This document shows, piece after piece, positions 28,301-37,900 of a stretch of DNA of 64,000 nt (position 1 is its first letter; each line of letters opens with the position of its first letter). Both the position numbers and the translations under genes were made by a program. The notes beneath the pieces were generated by a model. It ran no database searches and was not told where the DNA came from. It worked only from the letters and a program-made list of their open reading frames with translations. The stretch lies in IMG/VR virus record IMGVR_UViG_3300034101_004323, positions 20,088 to 84,087 of that record; one strand, given 5' to 3'. This stretch comes from a virus.

Positions 28301-31232
28301 ATGCTTGATCGTATTCTCTAAGTTGTTTTCTCTCTGATATCTTATCAGGTACATCATTTTGTCTAATAAGATTTCTATTATATCTAGCTTTTAATTGTTG
28401 AGCTTTAATCTCATCACTCTGCTCGCACCACTTCTTTGACGCATCATCATAATTATACGATGCATTATATCCTAGTATAGGCTTAATTAATCCTTTATCA
28501 TCTATTAGTCTATAATAAGCAGGGCCGCCGACCATAATACAATCATCAATACTATTACCATACTCTTCCCATGCTCCATCTGCTAATTCTTTATCAAAAA
28601 AGATCTTTCCACTACCCTGATAAACTGCAATACCTCCAGCAGATGATGGTATTTGAATATTTGAGTAAGCCTTATCTCTATATGCCATTAATCCTGGTAA
28701 TCTTACCAAATATTTTTTACCATAATATTTATCTCCGATACTTTTAATAAATTCAACCAAAATACGTAAATCATTCATAAATTCATAGCTTAATGTTAAA
28801 CCAAAATTAATATCTGTTTTTCTTTTTTCAGGATTTGGGGTGTTTGATCTTTGTTTAGCTTCGCCAGAATAATTTGCTTTTCCTGGTGCGGCGTCCATTC
28901 CTGGACCCGTATTTGGGGAGTTAGAGCTAAATCCTGGCATTGGTAATACTGTTAACTTATCTAATTTCTTATAAAGATTCACCAACATAACAAATAAGTC
29001 TGGTTTTTCTGTTCTGTATTTTGCTAAGCAATATGCTAGATAAGAATCAAATCCTGCCATTGCTGCTCTAATTTCTGTTTCTGTTATTTTGAAAGCAAAA
29101 TCATTCAAATAAGCAGATTTTTGAATGTTCTTTTTGTTTTCTATCTCTGGTAATTGACCGTTTGCAGGAGGATCTTCTTCTTGTTCAGTATTATTTGTTG
29201 ATGAACCTAAGCCACTGTCCGTATATGGTATATTTCCAGGAATTGCAGGATCAAGTGCGTATAAACTAGACATGGACCCCAAGGATAATACTGGTAATTC
29301 TCTTGTTGTCATACTAACAACAAGTTGTCCTGTCCATGTGTCTAATGAAACCGGTCTAATATATCTAAAGATATTATTTGATGTTGTACTAATTTCTATT
29401 TGTTCGTTGTGTTTGTATCCGAAAAATGGACATATAGCATGATTTATTAATGGGGTATATCTATTTTTTGATGCTCTACTATTCTCACTATCTAATCCTC
29501 CGGTTCCAGATCCGTTGCTAGCAGGCGTAGATGAATCTGAAGCACTACTGGAACTAACAACTCCTTTAGGAGCAGAATACTTTGTTCCTCCTCCATAACT
29601 AAAAGAAGAAAAATAATTTCCAACCCATGGAATTGGTTTTCCTCCAACATTTGAATCTGAAAATTCAGTATCTTCTTTATTAAAAATATCACCAGTAAAA
29701 GTTTGTCTAATTGTTTCATTTCCATCATATAATTCTGAATTAACTGCTCCTAATACTTGCTTATTTATTACAGTATTTTTTGTAGATAAAAAATTAGGAA
29801 CTTTTACAGCAGATGATTTATCATTAAATCTATTATAATCAACAAATTTCTTAATTATCGGATTAAATATATAATTTGTTTGAGAATATGCTAATAAATA
29901 TGACTTGGCTTGATATAACCTTTGTTGATTACCTCCTATGTACATAACCTTAGGCGAATACCTATTATGTTCTTTACCAAATGATGTGGTTGTTGTTCCT
30001 ATTCCTTCATTTTCTATATTACTAACTAATGATGATACAGCGTTTGGTACTACTGGCAGTGTTCTATTAATAGTTTTAATTTTAATAACATTAATACCAT
30101 TTTTTCTTAATATTGTAGTATAAAAATCTCTACCTGTCTTTTCACAGGCCACCCTAATAAGATCAGCAATACTAATAGAAGAATCTGGAGCACTTACTCT
30201 GATATCCAAGGGTGGTCTTGGTATCTCTGATAAGTCTAAAGAGAATAATGATCTTGAGTTATTGTCCGATGCTAATGTTGGTGGGATTAATCCAAAGCTA
30301 TAATCTCTAAAATTTGCTACCTGTGGAGACGCAGAATTTGTTAGAACTGTAGGAGCTATAATTCTGCCAAAAGGAGAAAATGCTTTTTTGGTACCCAGAT
30401 CAGAAACATTAGATGTTGATGTTAAAACAGATAATGTATCTAAAACATAAGCTAAAGGAATACCATCCTCATTTTTTGCTGAAGCTCCAAAACCATATGA
30501 CTCCAAGAATCCATAAACATTAAAAACATTAGGGATATTACCATCTTTTATTTGTCCAGCATATTGGAGTCTGGTATCATCAACAACATTAACTGGTCCT
30601 CCAAAAGAACCAGCATATCTGGCAAAAACAGATCCGGCGTAATGATCCACAATAACTTTTGAATTTTGCAGCAAATCATCTGCGGAAGAAAGCGTAACAG
30701 TATATGATATTACATTTTGTCTATTACTTCTTTCCCAAGATGTTATAAAACCTCCAAATGAAAAATATCCAAATCTGAAATATGCTGGACATCCTATAAT
30801 ATTGTAACTATAAGTGGTTTGAGGATCATAATTACCATCAGGATCAATATTTGTTATATCTCCGATAAATCCAGGATCGCTACTAACCCAGTATTTTGAA
30901 ACCAGATTATTATTTCGTAAAGCATGATAAACCTTACCTGGGATTATTCGGTCTTTACTTTTTCCAAAAACATATGGAGAACTTGTCTCATCAATATAAC
31001 AATTATCATCAATACAATCATAATAATGATTATCTGGAAATGCTGATGGATCTATATCAAATATATTATTTGCTCTACATGCGGATATGTCATTAACCAG
31101 TTCAATATTTAAAGTAGACGATGTTCCACCCCAACCCAGATTATTACTAAAGGAAACAATACTTGATCCTAAAAATAACTGTTGTCCTATAATACTAGAT
31201 CCTTTTATATTTCTCAAACATGAATTTGGCAT
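25347..31232 (-). CDS. Large tail tip/hub-type protein (1961 aa)
   Basis: Position downstream of the TMP; beta-rich N-terminus (FLGSSIVSFSNNLGWG...FSFGGFITSW); internal CPQCAGLG...CPLC. Confidence 0.55.
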   Translation of the reverse strand: MPNSCLRNIKGSSIIGQQLFLGSSIVSFSNNLGWGGTSSTLNIELVNDISACRANNIFDIDPSAFPDNHYYDCIDDNCYIDETSSPYVFGKSKDRIIPGKVYHALRNNNLVSKYWVSSDPGFIGDITNIDPDGNYDPQTTYSYNIIGCPAYFRFGYFSFGGFITSWERSNRQNVISYTVTLSSADDLLQNSKVIVDHYAGSVFARYAGSFGGPVNVVDDTRLQYAGQIKDGNIPNVFNVYGFLESYGFGASAKNEDGIPLAYVLDTLSVLTSTSNVSDLGTKKAFSPFGRIIAPTVLTNSASPQVANFRDYSFGLIPPTLASDNNSRSLFSLDLSEIPRPPLDIRVSAPDSSISIADLIRVACEKTGRDFYTTILRKNGINVIKIKTINRTLPVVPNAVSSLVSNIENEGIGTTTTSFGKEHNRYSPKVMYIGGNQQRLYQAKSYLLAYSQTNYIFNPIIKKFVDYNRFNDKSSAVKVPNFLSTKNTVINKQVLGAVNSELYDGNETIRQTFTGDIFNKEDTEFSDSNVGGKPIPWVGNYFSSFSYGGGTKYSAPKGVVSSSSASDSSTPASNGSGTGGLDSENSRASKNRYTPLINHAICPFFGYKHNEQIEISTTSNNIFRYIRPVSLDTWTGQLVVSMTTRELPVLSLGSMSSLYALDPAIPGNIPYTDSGLGSSTNNTEQEEDPPANGQLPEIENKKNIQKSAYLNDFAFKITETEIRAAMAGFDSYLAYCLAKYRTEKPDLFVMLVNLYKKLDKLTVLPMPGFSSNSPNTGPGMDAAPGKANYSGEAKQRSNTPNPEKRKTDINFGLTLSYEFMNDLRILVEFIKSIGDKYYGKKYLVRLPGLMAYRDKAYSNIQIPSSAGGIAVYQGSGKIFFDKELADGAWEEYGNSIDDCIMVGGPAYYRLIDDKGLIKPILGYNASYNYDDASKKWCEQSDEIKAQQLKARYNRNLIRQNDVPDKISERKQLREYDQAWANRIGSSINCEKKIIPSINLASIGQDYLLIDTFDVRKDPFGRTGVLSSGVSQQQQSSGNDKVKRSVFSAPSRKVYITTSCDDIAFFDPSSLIGPRAIIDSPGIELMGSSYSYTKDPNLTVIANVAIEDLAILEKKKLLTADLKKVLLSYCIPILDNGFLVSEGDTSNQSSKHEMISAKMAHPLFAGIPLKSNLYCYGPWTNYPSLANQANVFPGIIDSSNAVEQLIGDTKVEKREEFVPWQTGGTSFLDLLVLNTMSSELSYQPILENGQVSVYGPPLFGLGGGMVLGVTDNDVHASLISKVYGFNCVSLQKNYIDNYMGLTLSNISTYASTNGVSTNYSFRTYSQKLGIYSKENAERIKQFSTSRISLLKKLSDAQSKFEQKISNQINKIMENSSNTRSGSSLSSFESKIYGRSPGEVFIGRAMHYIPETDIVSKDPGGSGELRRHNTRTALYMPSEILSELSKEYDSKAVMSMDGFFSPISFYPTLFGSTYSLSSRCITDELKKKNIICPQCAGLGYYKISVVPSGSKIAEEVDYPCPLCSKSKLVFPSGEDTDQPQEINILSLNPIVMPHGEFKNPNSQPSASGERSRHSISVIGRSEHAPVDFESLDLARNIQSLYDPITGQFAVQQVPSGETQAGLESSELMKVMNLSNAVNKDYYDIDLTYKYNTNENILLNQRFFGLRGPLMMHGWGYDTDGYPVPNAADEPLEIDKYGRPKRFLLNASGQNDYTKDGEFIPSKGKLLGDIIGKGYKKEGNEWIKTKSKYFHLNWAERSDLWPVGPIDVRWDNDRKVWSASGGGGCDGEILPPYVVASGTDISLLNTFIGKANAKNKCPYKMIYITLEEDMILPDGGFETYPTRAFIDDAEYSVQPMDYGIRRLIYVKDKSGYTAPRGSKLLCRYNSNSGFYEPVSKQSFIVFGQITGNNSAIVSLTYIQGSRRPENAPRIPIIFDNTRFNFTISGAKNTGMFMFENGKWILIGRN

Positions 31233-31233
31233 T

Positions 31234-33120
31234 TTAATGATCCATATGATTTCTATCTGTGGTACATTGTTGGAAGATCCATGTTACAGACCTAGAATAT
31301 CTTCCCTGAGATGGAGTCCATGTCTCTGAGTCTGATTGAGTAAAAACAGTTCCATATGGTTGAGAAATAGAATTTTGAAATAAAGCATTTGTTCTATTGC
31401 CGAATGGTCTATGTCCTTCAATAATTAAGTCTATATTTTGCCATAATGGATTATCTGTGTATAAAGGACATGATGGATCTGTTTGTATGGATTCTCTTGG
31501 AGATGATGGTGGAACGATAACAACTTCAACACTAATGCTCTTTCTTGCGGTAGTCTTACCGTTGGTGGTAATAATAGGACCTAATTGGCGTCCAATAACT
31601 TGGGTTTCTGTGGTATTATCGGCTGGAGAATCTATTGTAACACTGATATTTTCACTAAGAACACCATTCCAAATAGAAGATAACATATTTGTTTTGTTAT
31701 TAAATTCATAACTATAATTTATAGTTCCTCTATTAGGATCATGACTTTCTGATGTTGATGCAGGAACGACGTTAAGGGTATTTTCTCTTGAATAATTCGG
31801 GTGTGTGTTTTGTTGACTTGGATTAATATCATTATATTCTGTTGTTCTATCATAACTATTAATGCCTAATGAAGCTCTTCTATATAACATAGGCTTAACT
31901 TTTTGTAACCAACCATCTCTAGCACTATCATATTTAGTTCTTTTGGGGGATATATTAGTTGCTACAGTAGTGTTTGATGGTTCTTTTCCATTATATTCTG
32001 AAAACTTTAAATTAATAGGATTATCTAATCCAGATCCTGTTGGCATAATTCCAGAAGTACCATCCATGATTTCTTTTGGCGTTTCTATCAAACCCTGTAA
32101 CGATCCAGCAACTCTCACTGTTGTTACATATTCTTGAGAAGTTGATCTTTCTATATTGAATGTCTCTATATATCCAATTTTTTCGGGCATTGCTAACCAA
32201 GAATCATTAACTTCGTATGTTCCATTATATATATCTATACTGGTAGTTCTAGCATGATTATATAGATGAGTACCACTAGAATTAGGAAAATAAGGAGAAG
32301 AACCAGCAGAATTTACTCCGCCAAATGGTTTTTTTAGCTGTTTTTCTACCCATGATTTGGCATATAAGTATGACTTATTATTTTGGGCTATTGATTCATC
32401 TATTGATAAACACTCTGTACCACTAGGAACAGGAATACCTCTTGCTGATAATCTTCTAGAAATTCTAAATTGAGGTATAGAAGTAATATCCACAGGAGAA
32501 GAATTCATTGTACCAATACCATTCAATGCTCCTATCACTCCAAAAGATGGGCTAAATGCCCCGTATCCTGGTGGACTTTCTGGTTTAGATGAAACATTAT
32601 ATATGTTATTTATAAATGAGATATCATCTTGTGGTTCTATTGTCCAGCTCTCACTTCTATCGCTAACATTATCTGATCCACTAACAGCAGTTAAAAATTC
32701 TAATCCAATAGCATAATCAGCAGTTTGAGTCCAATTATTTTCGCTTTTATTTACACTTAAATTAGTAACTCTTATACCACTAATACTATACATTACATCA
32801 TTATTACATTTGATCTCAAATAATCCATTTGAACAACTGAATAAATCCTCCAGTTTTTTGATAGATAAAATTATACCACTAATACCAGTTGATCCATTAG
32901 TATCACTAACAGCTTTTGTTGTACTTACTATTTTTCCTGTTAAATCTATCTGGTTTGTTATAGTTTCAACTATATTATTTGAATTAGCATTAAATGTTTT
33001 TGATATATCTACCAGAGGTTCTGGACCAACAATAGATCCTATATTAATACCTCTATAATATACTTTAACTCCGCTAGAGGATAATGCTTGAGCACTAAAT
33101 AATAAATCTTGATTAAACAT
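31234..33120 (-). CDS. Virion structural protein (628 aa), tail region
   Basis: Ser/Thr/Gly-rich, beta-type composition; lies within the tail operon. Confidence 0.55.
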   Translation of the reverse strand: MFNQDLLFSAQALSSSGVKVYYRGINIGSIVGPEPLVDISKTFNANSNNIVETITNQIDLTGKIVSTTKAVSDTNGSTGISGIILSIKKLEDLFSCSNGLFEIKCNNDVMYSISGIRVTNLSVNKSENNWTQTADYAIGLEFLTAVSGSDNVSDRSESWTIEPQDDISFINNIYNVSSKPESPPGYGAFSPSFGVIGALNGIGTMNSSPVDITSIPQFRISRRLSARGIPVPSGTECLSIDESIAQNNKSYLYAKSWVEKQLKKPFGGVNSAGSSPYFPNSSGTHLYNHARTTSIDIYNGTYEVNDSWLAMPEKIGYIETFNIERSTSQEYVTTVRVAGSLQGLIETPKEIMDGTSGIMPTGSGLDNPINLKFSEYNGKEPSNTTVATNISPKRTKYDSARDGWLQKVKPMLYRRASLGINSYDRTTEYNDINPSQQNTHPNYSRENTLNVVPASTSESHDPNRGTINYSYEFNNKTNMLSSIWNGVLSENISVTIDSPADNTTETQVIGRQLGPIITTNGKTTARKSISVEVVIVPPSSPRESIQTDPSCPLYTDNPLWQNIDLIIEGHRPFGNRTNALFQNSISQPYGTVFTQSDSETWTPSQGRYSRSVTWIFQQCTTDRNHMDH

Positions 33121-33134
33121 CCTTTATCCTTACA

Positions 33135-34379
33135 TTATATTAATGCTACAGCACTCACATATATTGGGGTTATTTTTCCAGTAATTTCTGTTCCTAAATA
33201 ATTAGCTTTTATCGTATCTCCATCGTATATACGATAATTGTATTGTAATTGTCCAATATTAGAACCATTATAATATAAAGAGGCAATACTAGGTATTTCT
33301 GATAAGTCTGGTAAATATTCTGTGGTTTTAGCAACTTCGGAAAATTTTACTGGCTGACCAGATACCGGAGGAACTATAGCCACAACCAAATCTTTAAAAG
33401 AATCTGAATTCACAAAGATATCATCTATAACTATATCATAAGATTTATTCCCAAGATTTGCAATATATTTTGTACTCTCAATATCATTATATGTGGATAA
33501 TATAGCTGATCTAATTTGGTCCACTGTTACTTTTTTTGTTTTCATTGCTAAAGGATCAGCTATTATCCTAAATTTATCTTTATGGCCTCTATTTGGTAAT
33601 AATTGATTATTTTTTTTGTTTAATATAATTGAATCTATATTATCTGTGCATGGTATAAATTTGGCTAAAATATAATTTTGGTAAGTATATGTCCAATTAT
33701 TTTCTTTATTTAATACAATAAATTCATCATCAATAGGATTACTAGATATAATTTCGCATGGAATATTTGAGGCATCAGAAACAATGATTTCTTTATATTG
33801 AGTTTTAATAATAGAATTAGAATCTAATCCCTTAACTGTCATCTTTAACAAAACTTTAGCAGAAGTTGAGAACTTTGGTATTATCTGAAACGATGTTATT
33901 GGAACGAACCTATCATTGCCAGATATTGTATATATTTGAGGGGTAATATTAACAAATGTTCCAGACGGAACAGCAGATTCTACATTAAATTCTATAGAAT
34001 AACTATTTTTAGGTTCTATGTTGTTTTCTAAATAAACCTGACCAAGAGCATCAGCAGAAGCTGCATCACTTTGACTTTGAAAGTAAGTAATCTCATCTGG
34101 GCTTGCTGTTATTAAAGTAAAATTTCCCACATAAGAGTTATTCAGTATCAGATCAGGACTTAAAAAATTAGAGGTATTTGGTGCTATTACGACTCTTGTT
34201 CCTGTTATAACAGGATATTCTGAGCTGAGATTAGCTATAGATAATGTAGAAATGCCACCCACTCTTTGAGAAGCTGTTATGTCTGCAACTTTAATTGGTT
34301 TAGGTCTAAGTTCATCAAATGTGATGCTAAGTCCACAAGCCGCAGATATTATGTTATATTGTTCAGTTGGTATAAGCAT
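33135..34379 (-). CDS. Tail-region protein (414 aa) with an AcrB/RND docking-subdomain-like segment
   Basis: GHKDKFRIIADP...VTVDQIRSAI...DSFKDLVV...GQPVKFSEVAK near the C-terminus. Confidence 0.6.
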   Translation of the reverse strand: MLIPTEQYNIISAACGLSITFDELRPKPIKVADITASQRVGGISTLSIANLSSEYPVITGTRVVIAPNTSNFLSPDLILNNSYVGNFTLITASPDEITYFQSQSDAASADALGQVYLENNIEPKNSYSIEFNVESAVPSGTFVNITPQIYTISGNDRFVPITSFQIIPKFSTSAKVLLKMTVKGLDSNSIIKTQYKEIIVSDASNIPCEIISSNPIDDEFIVLNKENNWTYTYQNYILAKFIPCTDNIDSIILNKKNNQLLPNRGHKDKFRIIADPLAMKTKKVTVDQIRSAILSTYNDIESTKYIANLGNKSYDIVIDDIFVNSDSFKDLVVAIVPPVSGQPVKFSEVAKTTEYLPDLSEIPSIASLYYNGSNIGQLQYNYRIYDGDTIKANYLGTEITGKITPIYVSAVALI

Positions 34380-34388
34380 AATTTGCCT

Positions 34389-34910
34389 TTAGCAGTTTTG
34401 GCAGGATATTGTTATGGTTCGACTTGTTAGCTCAATAAGTTCTGATGATGAATTGTAGTTTAATATTTTAAACTTTAAAATAGTTAAATTTTTAGATCCA
34501 GATATGGTTAGTGTTATTGGAACAATAGCTTCTTTAAGAGGTATGGTATTATTTGAGCTTGGATCAGTATAATTATATTCTGTATAGACTGGAGTATTAA
34601 TTGAGTAATTAATATCATTACCACTAAGATCTTCTAATTCAAATACATAATTAGTATCTGTCATTAGATCTATTACTTTAACATTTAGAATATCTCCACT
34701 ACAACAAAAATTATTTACAGAATCAAAAGTTATAGCAGGAACTTTGCTGAAACAAACTTGTTTACCAACGAACTCTACAACCGAACCATTAACTAATTTT
34801 GTATATAATTTACCAGTTACTGCATTTATTGCTATTTCTCCAACCACTAATTGATTAGCATGAGGAGGATTTATAGTTTGTTGATCATTTTTAAGTCGTA
34901 AAGTACCCAT
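34389..34910 (-). CDS. Small tail-fibre-related protein
   Basis: LVVGEIAINAVTGKLYTK resembles the N-terminal motif of phage fibre proteins; AAGGAG SD upstream. Confidence 0.55.
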   Translation of the reverse strand: MGTLRLKNDQQTINPPHANQLVVGEIAINAVTGKLYTKLVNGSVVEFVGKQVCFSKVPAITFDSVNNFCCSGDILNVKVIDLMTDTNYVFELEDLSGNDINYSINTPVYTEYNYTDPSSNNTIPLKEAIVPITLTISGSKNLTILKFKILNYNSSSELIELTSRTITISCQNC

Positions 34911-34929
34911 TTAAACATTCTCCTTGATA

Positions 34930-37900
34930 TTAATAACATACTCCAGTAAACATCATACCCAATCCACTAGGTCCACCACTAAAGTCAAAAGAATCAGTTC
35001 CAAATGTGGATGTGTCCTCGGTTACTGTTGATCTAGGATCACCGTCTGTTCCTATACTTCTAATTTCTGATGGTTCACTGTCTCCATAGCTATTTGTGGC
35101 CACAATTTTAAAGAAATATGTATTATTCTCTGGTATATTATCAACAACAAGACTGGTCGCAGATGCACTTACCGATCCGTTATATGTTATCCAAGAGAAT
35201 TGACCAATAGGAGTAACTCCATCATCAAGCCAATAATATACTATGTATCCGTTTCTTGCACTAAGACCATCATTAGCTGGTGCGGTCCAAGACAACAAAG
35301 CATCGTATTGATTTCTTGTTACGCTAAATGTTTGTGGTTTACTTGGAAAATCACTAGATGGCGTAACATTAGGTGTTGGATCACTTGGTTCTGATTTACC
35401 AACAGTATTAATAGCAATAACTCTAAATCTATAAGATGTTGTAGAGAATAAATTACTTACATAACGGTATGTTGCAGGATTAGACACTAGCGGTAGACCA
35501 TCAGTAGTAATTTGTTCGCTTTCTAGTGGTAACCAATCTTCTGCGATATCAGAATAATATTCAACAAGATAAGCATATATATCTCTACCCCCATTGTCTT
35601 CTGGAGCTTGCCATTCTAATACAACAGCATTATACTTTGGTGTTGCTATTAAGTCTGTTGGTTTTCCAGGAAGTTGTGGATTTGGTGGAGGAATTAGGGA
35701 CACAATCTGTCCAAATGTATTTATTGTTAAGGGATAATTTGGAACATAAAGTTTTTTATTTAGTGATTCTTCGTATGGAACCGGAACCGATCCCGTCCAT
35801 ACTGGATTCAATACTAGCTCTTTAGTAATAAGCCCACTACTATAAGTATAACCATCAACGCTCAAATCAGCATAGGTAGATAATGGAAGACTACCACTAA
35901 TTGCTACTCCAGTAGAACTAATTTCCATACCATATGCTTTCTCTAATGCTAGATTTTCTTCAGCATTAGCTCCATAAGATATTATACCTTCGTATACTCC
36001 GTTTAATGTTGTTATAGCATAAGGAGTATTGGTATTGATAGTAATTTTTGGTTTAACATCTAAATAAATACCTGTTGCTCTAACTGCTATCTGATTTTCT
36101 ATAATTGTTGTTTTTCTAAAAATTCCACTTTCCAATGAACCTAAAACACTATTTGGAATAGAGGCATGAACTCTAAAAGCTGGAGTTAAACCAGAAGGAA
36201 CTCCATTTTCATTTATGGCAAACCACTCTGGTTCATATCTTGTAAATAATGTTTTTCTATGACCATATACAATAAAATCAATATCTTCTGCGATTTTATT
36301 AAATGTTGTATATATATTGGGTCTGATACTAATAGTATTTATTGTGCTTGGTTTGAATCTATACTCACTATTTGCAGATAATCCATCGCAAGTAAAGCCT
36401 TCTATGGCATCTGGTTCAATCTTCATCTCCAGATATCCGCCCTTTTGTACAGAAAACGCGTAGCCTACATATCTTCCATTATCTTCATCTCCTTGACCGA
36501 GAACTAATTGTGATGTTCCATAAAAATCTTCTGGAATAGGGGGACAAACAGTTACAACTAGATCTATTTCATTTGTAAAGAAATCTTTAGCGCCATCAGC
36601 ATCTCTAGCGTCAACAAGACTAATATTTGCAACTTTAACATAGAAGACATCTCTATTTTGATTATATATTGCTATAGTTTCATTATAGGCAAATTCTTTC
36701 TGTATATCAGATAAATTAATGCCTCCAGTACCACCCTTAGATTCGTCCAGTGAAATAAATTTGAATCTGTCTATTGTTCCGCCAACCCCTGCTCCAATAA
36801 ACTCTATTGCTCTTCTAGGATATCTGGTCCAACTTACTCCTGGAGCACTAAGATAATCAGGTTGTTGCCATAGAGCTGGACCAGTACCATTATGAGTTAA
36901 AATACTTCCACTAAATCCTGGCACTAATGGTCCAACAAAAATTCTATCAGTATATAGTGCTGGTGGTAGTTCATTTTGTCCATCTGCTGTTTCACCAGAA
37001 GGCTTATAAATACCAACAACATAATTGCCTAAAGAACTTGCTTGAGATGGAGCTAATCCAACGCCAAACCAGTTAGAAGCTGTTAAATAACCCTGATCAG
37101 AATTATGTATTATACTTCCTTCTGGAGTACCATTAAGAACAGGATATAGTCCAGTTGAACTTGTAATATTACCATCACCATCTGTTGAAGAAACAACCAT
37201 GTACTCTGATTTGAAATGTTCAGAAGATACAACATTTGTATCATCTACCTTAAATAAGAATCCACCACTAGGGCCAGGGAACATACCACCCGGTATAACG
37301 TTACCATCTGCTCCAACATATTCTAGACCCCCACTAGAACTAATTTTAATACCACCACCATTAAGCCCTGATCCTATGAATAAATCCTGATAAAATTCTG
37401 TACGATTAGGAGTGAATCTAACAAGACTTAATGGATTAATTTTATTGATAAATACAGTATTGCCTGTAGTAGCAAAAACTATTCCGGTATTAGATATGAA
37501 AGTGCCAAAAGCACCAGTAATAGAGGATAATGGATCAACTTCTACAACAGTATCGTCTCCACCAAATTTAATATTATAGTTAGAATTAGAAATATTTGCA
37601 GATAATAATTTATTTCCGGATGATCCAAGACTTAGTGAATCAGCGTATATATTACCTCCAACACTAAGCGTTGAGACTAATCCACTAGCATATTCAAATG
37701 GTTCTACTCTACTAATTGTAACCGCTGATCCTGATGTACTAATAGACTCATTTGGAAGCGGCATGAAATAAGCAGCTTTATGCCATTCGTTTAATGATGG
37801 TAGCCAATATCCTGCATCTTTCTTGCGAGTTACAGAAATAACACCAGCAGATTCACTAATATTATATGATCCGTCTTCTGTTGTTGATGACGAAACCATA

